Shown here piece by piece: positions 26,590-36,300 of a stretch of DNA of 64,000 bases; the stretch's first letter is position 1, and each line of letters opens with the position of its first letter. A program made the translations under genes and the position numbers. Origin of the DNA: Dehalococcoidia bacterium (GTDB taxonomy: Bacteria > Chloroflexota > Dehalococcoidia > Lucifugimonadales > UBA2985); the NCBI GenBank assembly GCA_965222415.1, contig CBDCTU010000004.1, positions 256,702-320,701 of the forward strand. The letters run 5' to 3'. A model generated the notes under the pieces. That model was not told the DNA's origin. It made no database searches and worked only from the letters and a program-made list of their open reading frames with translations.

Positions 26590-26979
26590 CTAGATAGCGG
26601 TATCGGCAAGCTCCTTGGCATCCGCGATATATTCTCCAGTCTCACGAATGCGCCTCTCTATCTCCCCTTGCGGTTCACACAAGCCGAGGTAGAAGCACTC
26701 CCCGTGCAGAAGCCCTTGGCGCGTATAGTAACGTCTCACCAGAGACTCAAAACGAGTGGAAGCCGCGCGCAGTCTGTTCAATTCCAGGCTTGTCACTGGA
26801 GTCTTCTCCAGTAATATACCCGCCTGTGCCAGTATCACGGCATTGGTGGCTTGCAAGGTGGCGCACCACGCCTTCTCCGCAGCATCTCGAATATCTCCGC
26901 CAACCATCTGCGACATGGCCGCGTCGTGCATTGTGGTTGCATCGTCGAAAAGGGTTTGCACCTCAAGAGTCATCGTCAT
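26590..26979 (-). CDS. PaREP1/HEPN-like four-helix protein with Rx4H motif (paralogue 2)
   Basis: Aligns along its whole length with the 2361-2768 product: MTMTLEV.. vs MAMTMDV.., GGDIRDAAEKAWCAT, RQGLLHGECFYLGLCEP. Start chosen by alignment; the track ORF is 13 codons longer. Confidence 0.6.
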   Translation of the reverse strand: MTMTLEVQTLFDDATTMHDAAMSQMVGGDIRDAAEKAWCATLQATNAVILAQAGILLEKTPVTSLELNRLRAASTRFESLVRRYYTRQGLLHGECFYLGLCEPQGEIERRIRETGEYIADAKELADTAI

Positions 26980-27107
26980 TTTGGTCTCATTCAATCTGGT
27001 ATGCCGTAATTGTTGCACGGGGCGCGTGGAGCGTCAAGAACGTTTTGAGTGGCCTATTGCCCACCATCGTACCTTTGAGCGCCCTGCTATGCTAAACTTG
27101 GGCTGGT

Positions 27108-28979
27108 ATGACTACAAGAAGCTTACAGGAGCAGCTGAGGGCGACCCCCACGAAGCCCGGCGTGTATTTGTTGAAGGGTGGGCACGGAGAGGTGCTCTAC
27201 GTGGGCAAGGCCGCCAGCCTGCGCAATCGGCTCCAGTCCTACTTCGGGTCACTCTCAAACCTGGAGCCGAAGATTCGTCATCTGGCAAGCCGGATCGCGG
27301 ACTTCGAGTTCATTGTCACGGAGTCCGAGGCGGAGGCCCTGATTCTGGAGAACACCCTTATCAAGAAGCAGCGGCCCAAGTACAACGCCCGCCTCAAGGA
27401 CGACAAGACGTACCCCTACCTCAAGATTGGCCTCAATGAGGATTTTCCCCAGGTGTACATAACAAGGCGCGTGATGAACGACGGCGCCCGCTACTTCGGC
27501 CCCTACGCAAGCGCCGGCTCAGTGCGCAGGACTATGGACCTGCTGAAGAAGTTGTTCCCATACCGCTCTTGCACCAGGGTCATCACCGGCAACGACGCCC
27601 GGCCTTGCCTGGAGCACTTCATTGACAGGTGCGTGGCGCCCTGCATAGGGGCCGCTGACAAGGAGGAGTACCGCAGGGTTATCGACCAGGTGGTTATGTT
27701 CATGGAGGGTCGCACGGAGGCGGTGGTGCGAGACCTGCGGCGCAAGATGGAGGACGCCGCCGAGCTGATGGAGTTCGAGAGGGCGGCCGTCCTGAGAGAC
27801 CAGCTTCGGGCCATTGAGCGGGTCACCGAGGGGCAGAAGGTAGTCTCCATGTCTGAGGACGACCAGGACGTCATCGCAATGGCCCGGACCGGCGACGAAG
27901 CCTGGGTGGAGGTCTTCTTTGTCCGCATGGGCAAGCTCATCGGGCGTGAGCACTTCATTATGGACGGCGTGCAGGACGAAACTCCCAACCGCATCCTGTC
28001 GGACTTCGTCAAGCAGTACTACGACTCCGTGCCCCAGATCCCGCCGCGGCTGCTCCTCCAACACTCGCTTGAGGACGGCGGTCTGATACAAGAATGGTTG
28101 GAATCGAAGCGCGGCAAGAGGGTCGATCTGCGCGTGCCGGAGCGCGGAGAAAAGCGCAAGCTGGTGCAGATGGTGGCGGAGAACGCAGGCGAGGGCCTGG
28201 AGCAGCTCAAGGCCAAGTGGGTCTCCAACGCGGACGCCCTGAGGTCGGCTATGGAGGAGCTTCAGGAGCGACTCAACCTGCCCCGGCTGCCCCTCAGAAT
28301 AGAGTGCTACGACATCTCCAACATCCAGGGCACTACGCCTGTGGGCAGCATGGTGGTCTTCGAAGACGGACGGCCCAAGTCGTCGCACTACCGCCGCTTC
28401 AGCATCAAGACGGTGGAGGGAATCGACGACTACGCTATGATGCAGGAGATGCTGCGTCGCCGCTTCCGTCGCATGGGCCGCACGCGAGACGACGACAAGG
28501 ATGATGCCGAGTCGACATCGGAGAGAGGCGGACAGCAGAAGCAGTCCTGGGGAGTAATCCCCGACCTGGTCCTCATCGATGGAGGCAAGGGGCACTTGAA
28601 TGCCGTGGTGGAGGTGCTTCTGGAGCTGGGCGTTGACGACGTGCCTCTGGCCAGTCTGGCCAAGGAGAACGAGGAGATATTCGTCCGCGATACCCCAGAA
28701 TCCATAATGCTGCCCCGCAACTCCCCTGCCCTGTATCTGGTTCAGCGCCTCCGGGACGAGGCCCACCGATTTGCCGTTACATATCACCAGAGGAGCCGCA
28801 CAAAGAAGGGGATGCAGTCCGCCCTGGACGCTGTGCCGGGCATTGGACCCAAGCGCAAGAGGACTCTGCTGCGGCGATTTGGATCTGCCAGAGGAGTCAA
28901 GGAGGCATCTCTGGAGGAGCTATCGGCCATTCCGGGGATGACCAGGACACTGGCTCAGAAAGTTAAGGAGCATTTGTAA
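27108..28979 (+). CDS. uvrC: excinuclease ABC subunit C
   Basis: 623 aa. GIY-YIG start PGVYLLKGGHGEVLYVGKA, YNARLKDDKTYPY, and a C-terminal HhH region. Confidence 0.95.
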   Translation: MTTRSLQEQLRATPTKPGVYLLKGGHGEVLYVGKAASLRNRLQSYFGSLSNLEPKIRHLASRIADFEFIVTESEAEALILENTLIKKQRPKYNARLKDDKTYPYLKIGLNEDFPQVYITRRVMNDGARYFGPYASAGSVRRTMDLLKKLFPYRSCTRVITGNDARPCLEHFIDRCVAPCIGAADKEEYRRVIDQVVMFMEGRTEAVVRDLRRKMEDAAELMEFERAAVLRDQLRAIERVTEGQKVVSMSEDDQDVIAMARTGDEAWVEVFFVRMGKLIGREHFIMDGVQDETPNRILSDFVKQYYDSVPQIPPRLLLQHSLEDGGLIQEWLESKRGKRVDLRVPERGEKRKLVQMVAENAGEGLEQLKAKWVSNADALRSAMEELQERLNLPRLPLRIECYDISNIQGTTPVGSMVVFEDGRPKSSHYRRFSIKTVEGIDDYAMMQEMLRRRFRRMGRTRDDDKDDAESTSERGGQQKQSWGVIPDLVLIDGGKGHLNAVVEVLLELGVDDVPLASLAKENEEIFVRDTPESIMLPRNSPALYLVQRLRDEAHRFAVTYHQRSRTKKGMQSALDAVPGIGPKRKRTLLRRFGSARGVKEASLEELSAIPGMTRTLAQKVKEHL

Positions 28980-29318
28980 ATGGTCAAATACGCCTTCATG
29001 GGCTTCGGCATAACCTTTGTTTGTCTTATCACGATAATCATACCAATAGTGCACTTTGTAACAGTGCCACTGGCCCCTCTGATCGGCGGCTGGTTTGCCG
29101 GGAACGGCGCGAAGGCGAAGCCGGAGACGGCGATAGGCATAGGCGTCCTCATGGGAGTATTGATGCTAGTTCCGGCTGTCCTGGCGGTGGTAGTTGCTGC
29201 GACCGTTGTGGACGCGGAAGACTGGGTGCTGAGGGTCTTGGGCATTGGGATCCCGCTGCTGACTGTATTCCTTGGCTCGATTGGCGCCATGATAGGTGGC
29301 GCCATGTCCCGCTCCTGA
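28980..29318 (+). CDS. small hydrophobic membrane protein
   Basis: ATG directly abuts the uvrC stop (TAAATG). 112 aa, about 4 TM. Confidence 0.5.
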   Translation: MVKYAFMGFGITFVCLITIIIPIVHFVTVPLAPLIGGWFAGNGAKAKPETAIGIGVLMGVLMLVPAVLAVVVAATVVDAEDWVLRVLGIGIPLLTVFLGSIGAMIGGAMSRS

Positions 29319-29322
29319 CGCC

Positions 29323-29826
29323 GTGGGCGAGCGGATCGCGTGCTATGGCTGCGGCGCTCTGGTCGATGACACGCCGGGGATTCCGCACAAATACCTTGGG
29401 ACCGTCTGGGGCTGCTGGGAGGTCTTTGGGCAGGTCCTCGCCAGGGAATACTCGGCCGGCGCTCTTGATACAACCCACAGGCTGACGGTTGACGCGTATG
29501 CGTCGCAGCATCTCGGAACGCCGGGCAGGCAGACAATTCAATCGCTGAACGTGCATCTGGTAAGCCTGCATTTGATCCTGGAACGGGGCGCGACTGCCTC
29601 TGAAGCGTTGCTCGGCATCAGACGGACACTCAAGGCCTCGTCGCAGTTTGTGTGGTTTGAACCACCCGTCCCAAACGGAACAACGACTGTCCTTGACGTG
29701 GCTCCTGCCCGCGATATGGATGATCACAAAAGGCTGGTGGTTCTGTGGGCGGGAGACGTCTGGCAAGCCTGGTCAGGGCATCACGACCACGTCAGGGAGT
29801 TTGCCAGGCGGAACGTGGGGCTGTAA
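29323..29826 (+). CDS. DUF5946-like Cys-rich protein
   Basis: CYGCGALVDDTPGIPHKYLGTVWGCW motif, recalled as the DUF5946 signature. GTG 29323 is 5 nt after the upstream stop; the track ORF starts at 29296. Confidence 0.5.
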   Translation: MGERIACYGCGALVDDTPGIPHKYLGTVWGCWEVFGQVLAREYSAGALDTTHRLTVDAYASQHLGTPGRQTIQSLNVHLVSLHLILERGATASEALLGIRRTLKASSQFVWFEPPVPNGTTTVLDVAPARDMDDHKRLVVLWAGDVWQAWSGHHDHVREFARRNVGL

Positions 29827-29860
29827 CTGCGCCCTACGCTCGGGCCCCTAGACAGGCTCA

Positions 29861-29965
29861 GGGGGAGTGGTGTTACACTCCCCCTTCCCGCTCATGGTGA
29901 GCCTGTCGAACCATTTGAGCGGGAAAACGGCAACTTTGTAGGGGCGGTTCGCGAACCGCCCCTAC
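29861..29965. repeat. REP-like cluster between convergent genes
   Basis: Hairpin GGGGGAGTG-GTGTTA-CACTCCCCC (29861-29884). CCCGCTCATGGTGAGCCTGTCGAACCATTTGAGCGGG (29887-29923). Second identical copy of the 28-nt palindrome GTAGGGGCGGTTCGCGAACCGCCCCTAC (29938-29965). Confidence 0.85.
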
Positions 29966-29990
29966 CTGTCTTTCCAAGTACCAACCTAGC

Positions 29991-30359
29991 TCACACGTCC
30001 GTTCCCGTGCCCGCGGCCCTTTGCATCTCCGCCTCTTCCAGCAGGCGTTGCAGCAGCACACGGGCCTCCCTCTTTCGTAGATCCAAGCTTGAGATGCCGA
30101 CGGCCCGCCACAGCGCGCCGGTTGAAACCCTGGCCCTTACCGACTCCCCTACTGGAGGCAACTCCACGCCCAAAGCCTGGGCTACAAAGGCGGCTGTCCA
30201 CATGCCCACCCTGGAGGCGTGGCACTTGGTGACGGCCCTTCCGTTGTGCAGAACCGCCAACCCGCTCTTGCCCCTCTGTACGGTCAACACAATGTGGGCC
30301 GATGGCGTCTCCAGAAGCTGATCTGCGTACTCCTGGGCCTTCTTCCGGCTAATGCTCAT
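29991..30359 (-). CDS. hypothetical protein
   Basis: 122-aa ORF with coding-like composition. No motif recognised. Confidence 0.4.
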   Translation of the reverse strand: MSISRKKAQEYADQLLETPSAHIVLTVQRGKSGLAVLHNGRAVTKCHASRVGMWTAAFVAQALGVELPPVGESVRARVSTGALWRAVGISSLDLRKREARVLLQRLLEEAEMQRAAGTGTDV

Positions 30360-30489
30360 AGTGTTGACCTCCGAGTTTGAGTTAAAGAGGCATCTTAGCC
30401 CTATGCCGAACTCCCATCATTTTGCTATGGGAGAGAGATAACAGCAAGGGGTTGTCTGAAATCCCGAGACGGCATCAAAGAGTGGACGC

Positions 30490-31041
30490 TTACAATCTCA
30501 GCCGCATGACGTGCCGACGCGTTCCTGCCCTGCCCACCTCCTCGAACCCCAAACCGGCGAAGGTCGGGATCACGCCCATGAACTTGTAGCTTGGCGATTC
30601 CGGGTCCACCGGGTACGCCTCTACAACTGACGCTCCCCTGTTGCGGGCATGATCCACCGCCCCGGACACCAGCAGCTTCGCTATCCCCTGCCCTCGCAAG
30701 CGTCTTGGCACGAACATGCAGACCAGCGACCAGACCGCGTCCGGGGACTCCGCCGGGTCTTCCAAGCCGCCGAGTTTGCGATAGGTGGGGCGAGGCGCGA
30801 TGGAACACCACGCCACCGGCTCGTCGTCTGAGTAACCCAGTATTCCCACCGGCTCCCCTCCGCGCGCCAGGCGTTCCATAGACGCCTTCTTCTCCCAACG
30901 GCCCTGCCGTCTCGCTTCGCTGGGCATTGGGCGCCACAGCATACACCAGCAATATTTTGGCCCGCCCGGCGCCTCAAAAAGGCGCTCCAGGTCATGCCAA
31001 CGGTCGGGGGTTACCTCGTGGAAGACCAGTTGTTGGGTCAT
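30490..31041 (-). CDS. GNAT family N-acetyltransferase
   Basis: 183 aa. Acetyl-CoA binding-type segment RRLRGQGIAKLLV. Confidence 0.7.
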   Translation of the reverse strand: MTQQLVFHEVTPDRWHDLERLFEAPGGPKYCWCMLWRPMPSEARRQGRWEKKASMERLARGGEPVGILGYSDDEPVAWCSIAPRPTYRKLGGLEDPAESPDAVWSLVCMFVPRRLRGQGIAKLLVSGAVDHARNRGASVVEAYPVDPESPSYKFMGVIPTFAGLGFEEVGRAGTRRHVMRLRL

Positions 31042-31068
31042 GGAGGCGTGTGGGGGTATTCGGTTGGC

Positions 31069-32226
31069 CTATTGTGGCGACATGGATTCGATGAGGATCT
31101 TCGCCACTTCCGGTCGTGTGAACTCCTCAGGTGGCATCTGGCCCTGGCTCAGCATCTCCCTGAATTGGGCGCCCGTCAGGCTGACCCTCTCGTCTGGGCC
31201 GTGTGGGCATGTCCTCTCGGTGGCCATGCTGTGGCAGCGGCGGCAGAAGAAGGAGTTTTCGAAGAACATCGGCCGTATGGCTAAGGCCTCAGGATCGAAC
31301 TCGCTGAAGATGCGCTGGGCGTCGTAGGTGCCGTAGTAGTTCCCTACCCCGGCGTGATCCCTGCCCACGATGAAGTGGGTGCAGCCGTAGTTCTTCCGAA
31401 CCAGGGCGTGGAAGATGGCCTCCCTGGGACCGGCGTAGCGCATGAATGCAGGCAGCGCCGAGAGAAGCACCCTGTTCTTGGGGTAGTACCCCTCCAGTAG
31501 CGCCTCGTAGCAGCGCATTCTGATCGACGCGGGGATTTCGCCCTCCCGGGTCTCGCCCACCAGGGGATGCAAGAGAAGACCGCCGACAACCTCCAAGGCG
31601 CATTTATGGATGTACTCGTGGGCCCGGTGCACGGGGTTGCGGGTCTGGAAACCCACCACGCTGTTCCACCCCTGGTTTGCAATGTACTCCCTGGTCTGGG
31701 AGGGAGTGCGATGGTGGGACGCAATATCCTCGTCCATGCTGGGCGTGCCCTGGAGCATTGTTATCTTCCCTGCCAGGAGCACGTCTCCGTCATGATAGAG
31801 GTTGGCAACTCCGGGGTGTCTGTCTTCCGTCGTCCGGTATACCTTCTGGGCCTCCTCCTCACGATCGCGTCTGTATTTGCCCTGCAACAGCAGGACACCA
31901 ACGGTCTCACCCTCCGCATCGGCGAGCGCGACCCTGGCCCCCTCTTTCAGGTCGGAGCCCATGAGAGTATCCACAGCCAGAGTTACGGGTATTGTCCAGG
32001 GCAGCCCGTTGGAGAGGCGCATGTCGTTCACAACGGATATATACTCCTCGTGTCCCATGAAGCCCTCCAGGGGGCTGAACGCCCCCTGGGCTATCATATG
32101 TGCGTCCGAAAGCTGTCTGTGGTTGAGGGGGACCACCGGAAGGCCCTTGGCCTCTTCCTGTAGCGACTTGGCTCGCTCCCCCTCAACGTAGCCGTTTACG
32201 AGAGTTCCTCCGTGTGGAGGTATCAC
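31069..32226 (-). CDS. sat: sulfate adenylyltransferase (ATP sulfurylase)
   Basis: 385 aa with PHGG start and QTRNPVHRAHEYI motif. Confidence 0.9.
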   Translation of the reverse strand: MIPPHGGTLVNGYVEGERAKSLQEEAKGLPVVPLNHRQLSDAHMIAQGAFSPLEGFMGHEEYISVVNDMRLSNGLPWTIPVTLAVDTLMGSDLKEGARVALADAEGETVGVLLLQGKYRRDREEEAQKVYRTTEDRHPGVANLYHDGDVLLAGKITMLQGTPSMDEDIASHHRTPSQTREYIANQGWNSVVGFQTRNPVHRAHEYIHKCALEVVGGLLLHPLVGETREGEIPASIRMRCYEALLEGYYPKNRVLLSALPAFMRYAGPREAIFHALVRKNYGCTHFIVGRDHAGVGNYYGTYDAQRIFSEFDPEALAIRPMFFENSFFCRRCHSMATERTCPHGPDERVSLTGAQFREMLSQGQMPPEEFTRPEVAKILIESMSPQ

Positions 32227-33005
32227 CTGCTCTTCTCCGCCGCGGCGGCCTTGATGCTGTCCAGAGAATCAATCAAGTGCAGGCCGCACTCCCTGGAGTT
32301 GGGGTCGAGTTCCCACCACCACCTACCGGCCCTGGGGTCCTCGTCCGAACTGACAGCGCGGGTGCAGGGGTCGCATCCAATGCTGGGGAAGCCCTTGTCG
32401 TGGAGCTCGTTGTAGGGCACGTTGTACTCGCGGATGTAGTCCCACACCTGCTCCCATGTCCAGTCAGCCAGGGGGTTGATCTTCACGCGGTTGCCGTGAG
32501 CTTCGTCCAGCTCCACCTTGCCTATGTCTGTACGGGTCACAGCCTGGTCGCGGCGCAGGCCGCTTATCCATGCGTCCAGGCTGTTGAGCGCCCGCTCCAG
32601 GGGCTCCACCTTGCGAATGCCGCAGCACAACTTGCGAAGCTCCTCCGACTTGTAGAACAGGTTGAAGCCGTGCTCCGCCACCATATCGGATACCTGCTTC
32701 AGGTCCGGGTAGTACGGCTCAAACACGAGGCTGCCGTATCGCATCGTAATCTGGTCAATAAGGGTGTAGGTCTCGGTGGGAAGGCGCAGGGTCTCCAGGG
32801 TGAAGACGCGGGCCTCCGGGTTTATGCGGTACAACATATCAATGAGCACCACATCCTCAGCGCCGAAGCTGGAGGACAACCCCAGTCTCGGGTGAAACTC
32901 CTTTAGCGCCCACTCAAGGATTTCCTGGGGCGACTTGCTCTCCAGTTCCCGGTTGGCGACCTCTATCTCTTCAGCAGTCAGGGTCTTTTCCGTTGGATCC
33001 AGCAA
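32223..33005 (-). CDS. cysH: adenylylsulfate/phosphoadenylylsulfate reductase (Fe-S type CysH)
   Basis: 260 aa. Cys pairs KLCCGIRKVEPL and SIGCDPCT, and C-terminal ECGLH. 4-nt overlap with sat. Confidence 0.85.
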   Translation of the reverse strand: MLDPTEKTLTAEEIEVANRELESKSPQEILEWALKEFHPRLGLSSSFGAEDVVLIDMLYRINPEARVFTLETLRLPTETYTLIDQITMRYGSLVFEPYYPDLKQVSDMVAEHGFNLFYKSEELRKLCCGIRKVEPLERALNSLDAWISGLRRDQAVTRTDIGKVELDEAHGNRVKINPLADWTWEQVWDYIREYNVPYNELHDKGFPSIGCDPCTRAVSSDEDPRAGRWWWELDPNSRECGLHLIDSLDSIKAAAAEKSR

Positions 33006-33037
33006 TTCATCCCTCCGAAGCTTCTAGCTTTCCAATA

Positions 33038-33820
33038 CTATAGCAGATTGAGTCCTACGCCCATCAGCACGATTGCCACCCCTCCTCGGAGCGCCTTCTC
33101 CGGAACGTGTGCAGTCAACCGGCTGCCCACCAGCACGCCCGGTATGGAGCCTGCCAGGATGTTCGCCGCCAGGATCAGGTCCACGTTGCCGACGGCCATG
33201 TGCAGCACGCCTGCTCCGGCGGTGATGATGGCCGAGTGAGCGACGTCTGTGCCTACAATGGTTCGCATTGCCATTGGAAACAGCATTGTGAGCATAACGA
33301 TGAACAGGGTGCCGCTGCCTACCGAGGTTAGCCCCACCAGCAGACCGACTAGGGCTCCCATCCCGGAAATCGCCAGCGCCCTTCTGCCCTTGAACTGCTG
33401 CCCATCCCACGAGAGTTGGCGGTGCGCGAACTTCTTTATGAGGATCAGTCGAAACAGAAGGGCCAACCCCACGATGGTCAATACCACGCCCAGCAGGCGG
33501 GTCAGCAAGAAGTCCGTGGAGACGTTGAAGTGGTCCCTGAGCACCACAAGCAGCACGACTCCGGCAAGGGCGCCGGGGAGGCTGCCCAGCGCCAGCCATA
33601 TCACCAGCTTGTAGTCGACGGATCCCTGTTTATGGTGCTGCCACGCCCCAAAGGACTTGGTGAACATCATCTGGAAGAGGTCGGTGCCCACTGCCACCGT
33701 GGGGCGTATTCCAACAAGGATGAGGAACGGCGTCATAAGCGCCCCGCCTCCCATGCCGGTGAGGCCAACGAGAACCCCTATGAATAGCCCTGCGAATACT
33801 ATTACTGGTTGTATTTCCAT
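33038..33820 (-). CDS. TauE/SafE family sulfite exporter
   Basis: 260 aa polytopic, with the internally duplicated Gly-rich TM pattern typical of TauE/SafE. Confidence 0.75.
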   Translation of the reverse strand: MEIQPVIVFAGLFIGVLVGLTGMGGGALMTPFLILVGIRPTVAVGTDLFQMMFTKSFGAWQHHKQGSVDYKLVIWLALGSLPGALAGVVLLVVLRDHFNVSTDFLLTRLLGVVLTIVGLALLFRLILIKKFAHRQLSWDGQQFKGRRALAISGMGALVGLLVGLTSVGSGTLFIVMLTMLFPMAMRTIVGTDVAHSAIITAGAGVLHMAVGNVDLILAANILAGSIPGVLVGSRLTAHVPEKALRGGVAIVLMGVGLNLL

Positions 33821-33869
33821 CTGTCTGTAAGTCTTGTTCTGTCTGGTGCGTGAAACAAGGCAAAATTAA

Positions 33870-33903
33870 AGCGCCCCTTTCAACTATTGCTGAAAGGGGC
33901 GCT
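33870..33903 (-). terminator. intrinsic terminator downstream of the HAD-like gene
   Basis: 11-bp GC-rich stem AGCGCCCCTTT / AAAGGGGCGCT with a 12-nt loop. On the minus strand it is followed by TTAATTTTG; there is no T-run on the plus strand. Confidence 0.6.
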
Positions 33904-34030
33904 CAATGGCGTACGTAGACTGCCTTCAGCCCCCTATGGCTCTCCCGTACAACAGCAGCTTTTTGCGAAGAAAGTCACAAGCATTTCAGTAGGAAGCTAG
34001 CACAGCACTATGGGCTTGTCAGTACCCTGT

Positions 34031-34384
34031 TTACTCAGGCCTGCCGTTCCAGGGCTCGCTGGCCGTAACGTCGTCCATCCACATGAACTCAAACCCCGCC
34101 TCCAGGGCAAACTGGCGGTCCAGATCTCTGTCGCCCATGTGGAGGTAGTAGTCGGCCTCAAATCTTTCCTTGATGCCGATAAGCAGATGCTTCTGGGACA
34201 CGAAATCTACGACGATGTTGTGCCTGTCCCACATATCCTGCTGTGCCCTTAGAGAGCGGTCGGATGCGCTGCCGATGATGCACCCTATCTCCTGGGCGTG
34301 TCTCACCATATCCATGGTCACTGGACCCGGCGGGTCGCCGGTCTCCAACGTGCCGTCAACATCAAAACTAAGCAATATCTTCAA
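34031..34384 (-). CDS. small HAD-superfamily hydrolase-like protein
   Basis: 117 aa with HAD motif I FDVDGTL near the N-terminus and a late GDRDLD. Confidence 0.55.
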   Translation of the reverse strand: MKILLSFDVDGTLETGDPPGPVTMDMVRHAQEIGCIIGSASDRSLRAQQDMWDRHNIVVDFVSQKHLLIGIKERFEADYYLHMGDRDLDRQFALEAGFEFMWMDDVTASEPWNGRPE

Positions 34385-34620
34385 AGAAGGTCATCTCCTT
34401 TCGCCTTGGTGAATTAATACGCCGATTCTCACTGCAAAGCTCGGCGCACCTAGACGGCTCGTCAACCCATCCCCTGGTAGCCCTGAGCTTGCGGGTGTCC
34501 ATGGCAGTAACGCTCTGCTCCGAGCGATTGTGCCACTCTGAACAAGCCAAGGGCTATCTTAAGACAGGGCGTTTTCTTTGTCAAGCGCAGAGCCTGTAAC
34601 CACCAATTCGTCCGCGCCAC

Positions 34621-35649
34621 CTAGAAGTTCAGCACTGCCTTCAGGCCATCCATCTGCCCGCGGGCCTCAAAGGCCTTGGGAGCGTCATCTATGGAGAAGC
34701 GATGTGTGGTCAAATCCTGCGCGTGAGGCATGTGGTTCAGGAGCTCCAGCGCCTTCTCATAGTGCTCAGGGTTGGCGTTCTGGGTGCCTGTGATCCAAAG
34801 CTCGTCGTAGTGGACGCGGTTGGGGTCTACCGGCAGGACGCTTCCCGGGGGACAGCCCCCGAATATGTTGACTATGCCCTGCTTCCGCACGGCGTCGACA
34901 CTGCTCTGGATAGCGTCCACGTTGCCGACGCTGGCTACCGCCGCGTCCGTGCCCAGGCCGTCGGTCAGCTTCATGACCTCTTCCTTCACACTCTGACGCT
35001 GTGGGTTTACCACCGCCGTCGCTCCCAGTTCGTCGGCGACCGCGAGACGCTCCTCCACCGGGTCAGCGACGATTATCGCGCCGCAACCCATCGACCTGGC
35101 AATGAGAAGGTGGGTCAGTCCCATAGGTCCCGCTCCCACGATGGTCAGGGATGTCCCCGGCCCTATCCCGCACACCAGCATGGAGTAGAGGGCGCATGCA
35201 AACGGCTCCACCTGGCAGGCTATCTCCCAGGGCAGGCCCTGGGGCAGCTTCAGAAGGTGGCCCAGCGATACCAACTGCTGTGGGACAAGTACGTATTCCG
35301 CCAGCCCGCCGTCGCCGTCGTATCCCAATGTTTGGCGGTTCAGGCACCTGTTGCGCTTGCCGCGAATGCAGAAGTGGCAGGAGCCGCACGCCATAATGGG
35401 ACAAATGGCAACTCCCTGTCCAATTTCAACTTCCGATACGCCCTCTCCCAACTCCACTATCTCTCCCGCCATCTCGTGGCCCAGGATTACTCCGCTCTGG
35501 GCGTACTTCTCGCCTTTGTATACCCGAATGTCGGAGTAGCATAGAGACGCGGCCTTTGTCTTGAACAGCACCTCACCCGGACCCGGGCGGCGCACCTCCC
35601 GCTCCTCCACCTTAAGTTCGCCGGGGCCATGGAAAACACATCCCTTCAT
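34621..35649 (-). CDS. zinc-dependent alcohol dehydrogenase (MDR family, sorbitol/threonine DH-like)
   Basis: 342 aa with GHEMAGEIVELG, structural-zinc Cys cluster CGSCHFC, and GAGPMGL Rossmann. Confidence 0.85.
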   Translation of the reverse strand: MKGCVFHGPGELKVEEREVRRPGPGEVLFKTKAASLCYSDIRVYKGEKYAQSGVILGHEMAGEIVELGEGVSEVEIGQGVAICPIMACGSCHFCIRGKRNRCLNRQTLGYDGDGGLAEYVLVPQQLVSLGHLLKLPQGLPWEIACQVEPFACALYSMLVCGIGPGTSLTIVGAGPMGLTHLLIARSMGCGAIIVADPVEERLAVADELGATAVVNPQRQSVKEEVMKLTDGLGTDAAVASVGNVDAIQSSVDAVRKQGIVNIFGGCPPGSVLPVDPNRVHYDELWITGTQNANPEHYEKALELLNHMPHAQDLTTHRFSIDDAPKAFEARGQMDGLKAVLNF

Positions 35650-35868
35650 ACCTTCTTACCTCTTTTCTTGACTATTGGCATTAGGCCACAATGTAAGGGT
35701 TACACTAAATGGATCGATGGGATAGTTCGCGTGTCGATGTGATCTACTGCTTCCCCGGCCCGAATAGCTTACCTCAGCGTGATTATAGGCAGGTAGGAGC
35801 GTACTTTGCAATTGTGTGCCCTCAATCTGGCGACTGGACGTAGCTCGTCCTGCGGCTTTTTCCAACGA

Positions 35869-36300
35869 TCACTCCCCGTCCCTGCGGGGCAGCAGGACTT
35901 CCACGGTGGCTTGTAGTGGGCGCTCTCCCCTCTGGTTGACAATGAAGGCGTCCAGCGTCACCAGGCCCCGTTCTCCGCCGGCCTGGGTGTCCGTTACCAC
36001 GGCCTGGCACTCCAGCCGGTCATCCGGCTCTACCCTTCGCCGGAACGATACGTCGAACTTGGAGAGCGACCCTTTTTCTCCCATCCAGTCGGTGAGCAGC
36101 TGGGCCAGGTAGCCCATGCTCTGCCAGCTTGAGACCAACATCAGATCAGCGCCTTCTTCCCTGGCGCCTTCTCCGCTGACAAAGCGCCCCGACAGATGGG
36201 ATAGCTCAGCGAAGACCCGCGTCTCCTCGACGCTTGGCTGCTTCACCAGAGGGCCGATCTGATCTCCCGGCTCAACGTCCTCAAAGTAGACCTGGCTCAT
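35869..36300 (-). CDS. MaoC-like hot-dog dehydratase
   Basis: 143 aa, hot-dog fold-type sequence. 4-nt overlap with the upstream MaoC_N-type gene (HadA/HadB-like pairing). Confidence 0.65.
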   Translation of the reverse strand: MSQVYFEDVEPGDQIGPLVKQPSVEETRVFAELSHLSGRFVSGEGAREEGADLMLVSSWQSMGYLAQLLTDWMGEKGSLSKFDVSFRRRVEPDDRLECQAVVTDTQAGGERGLVTLDAFIVNQRGERPLQATVEVLLPRRDGE

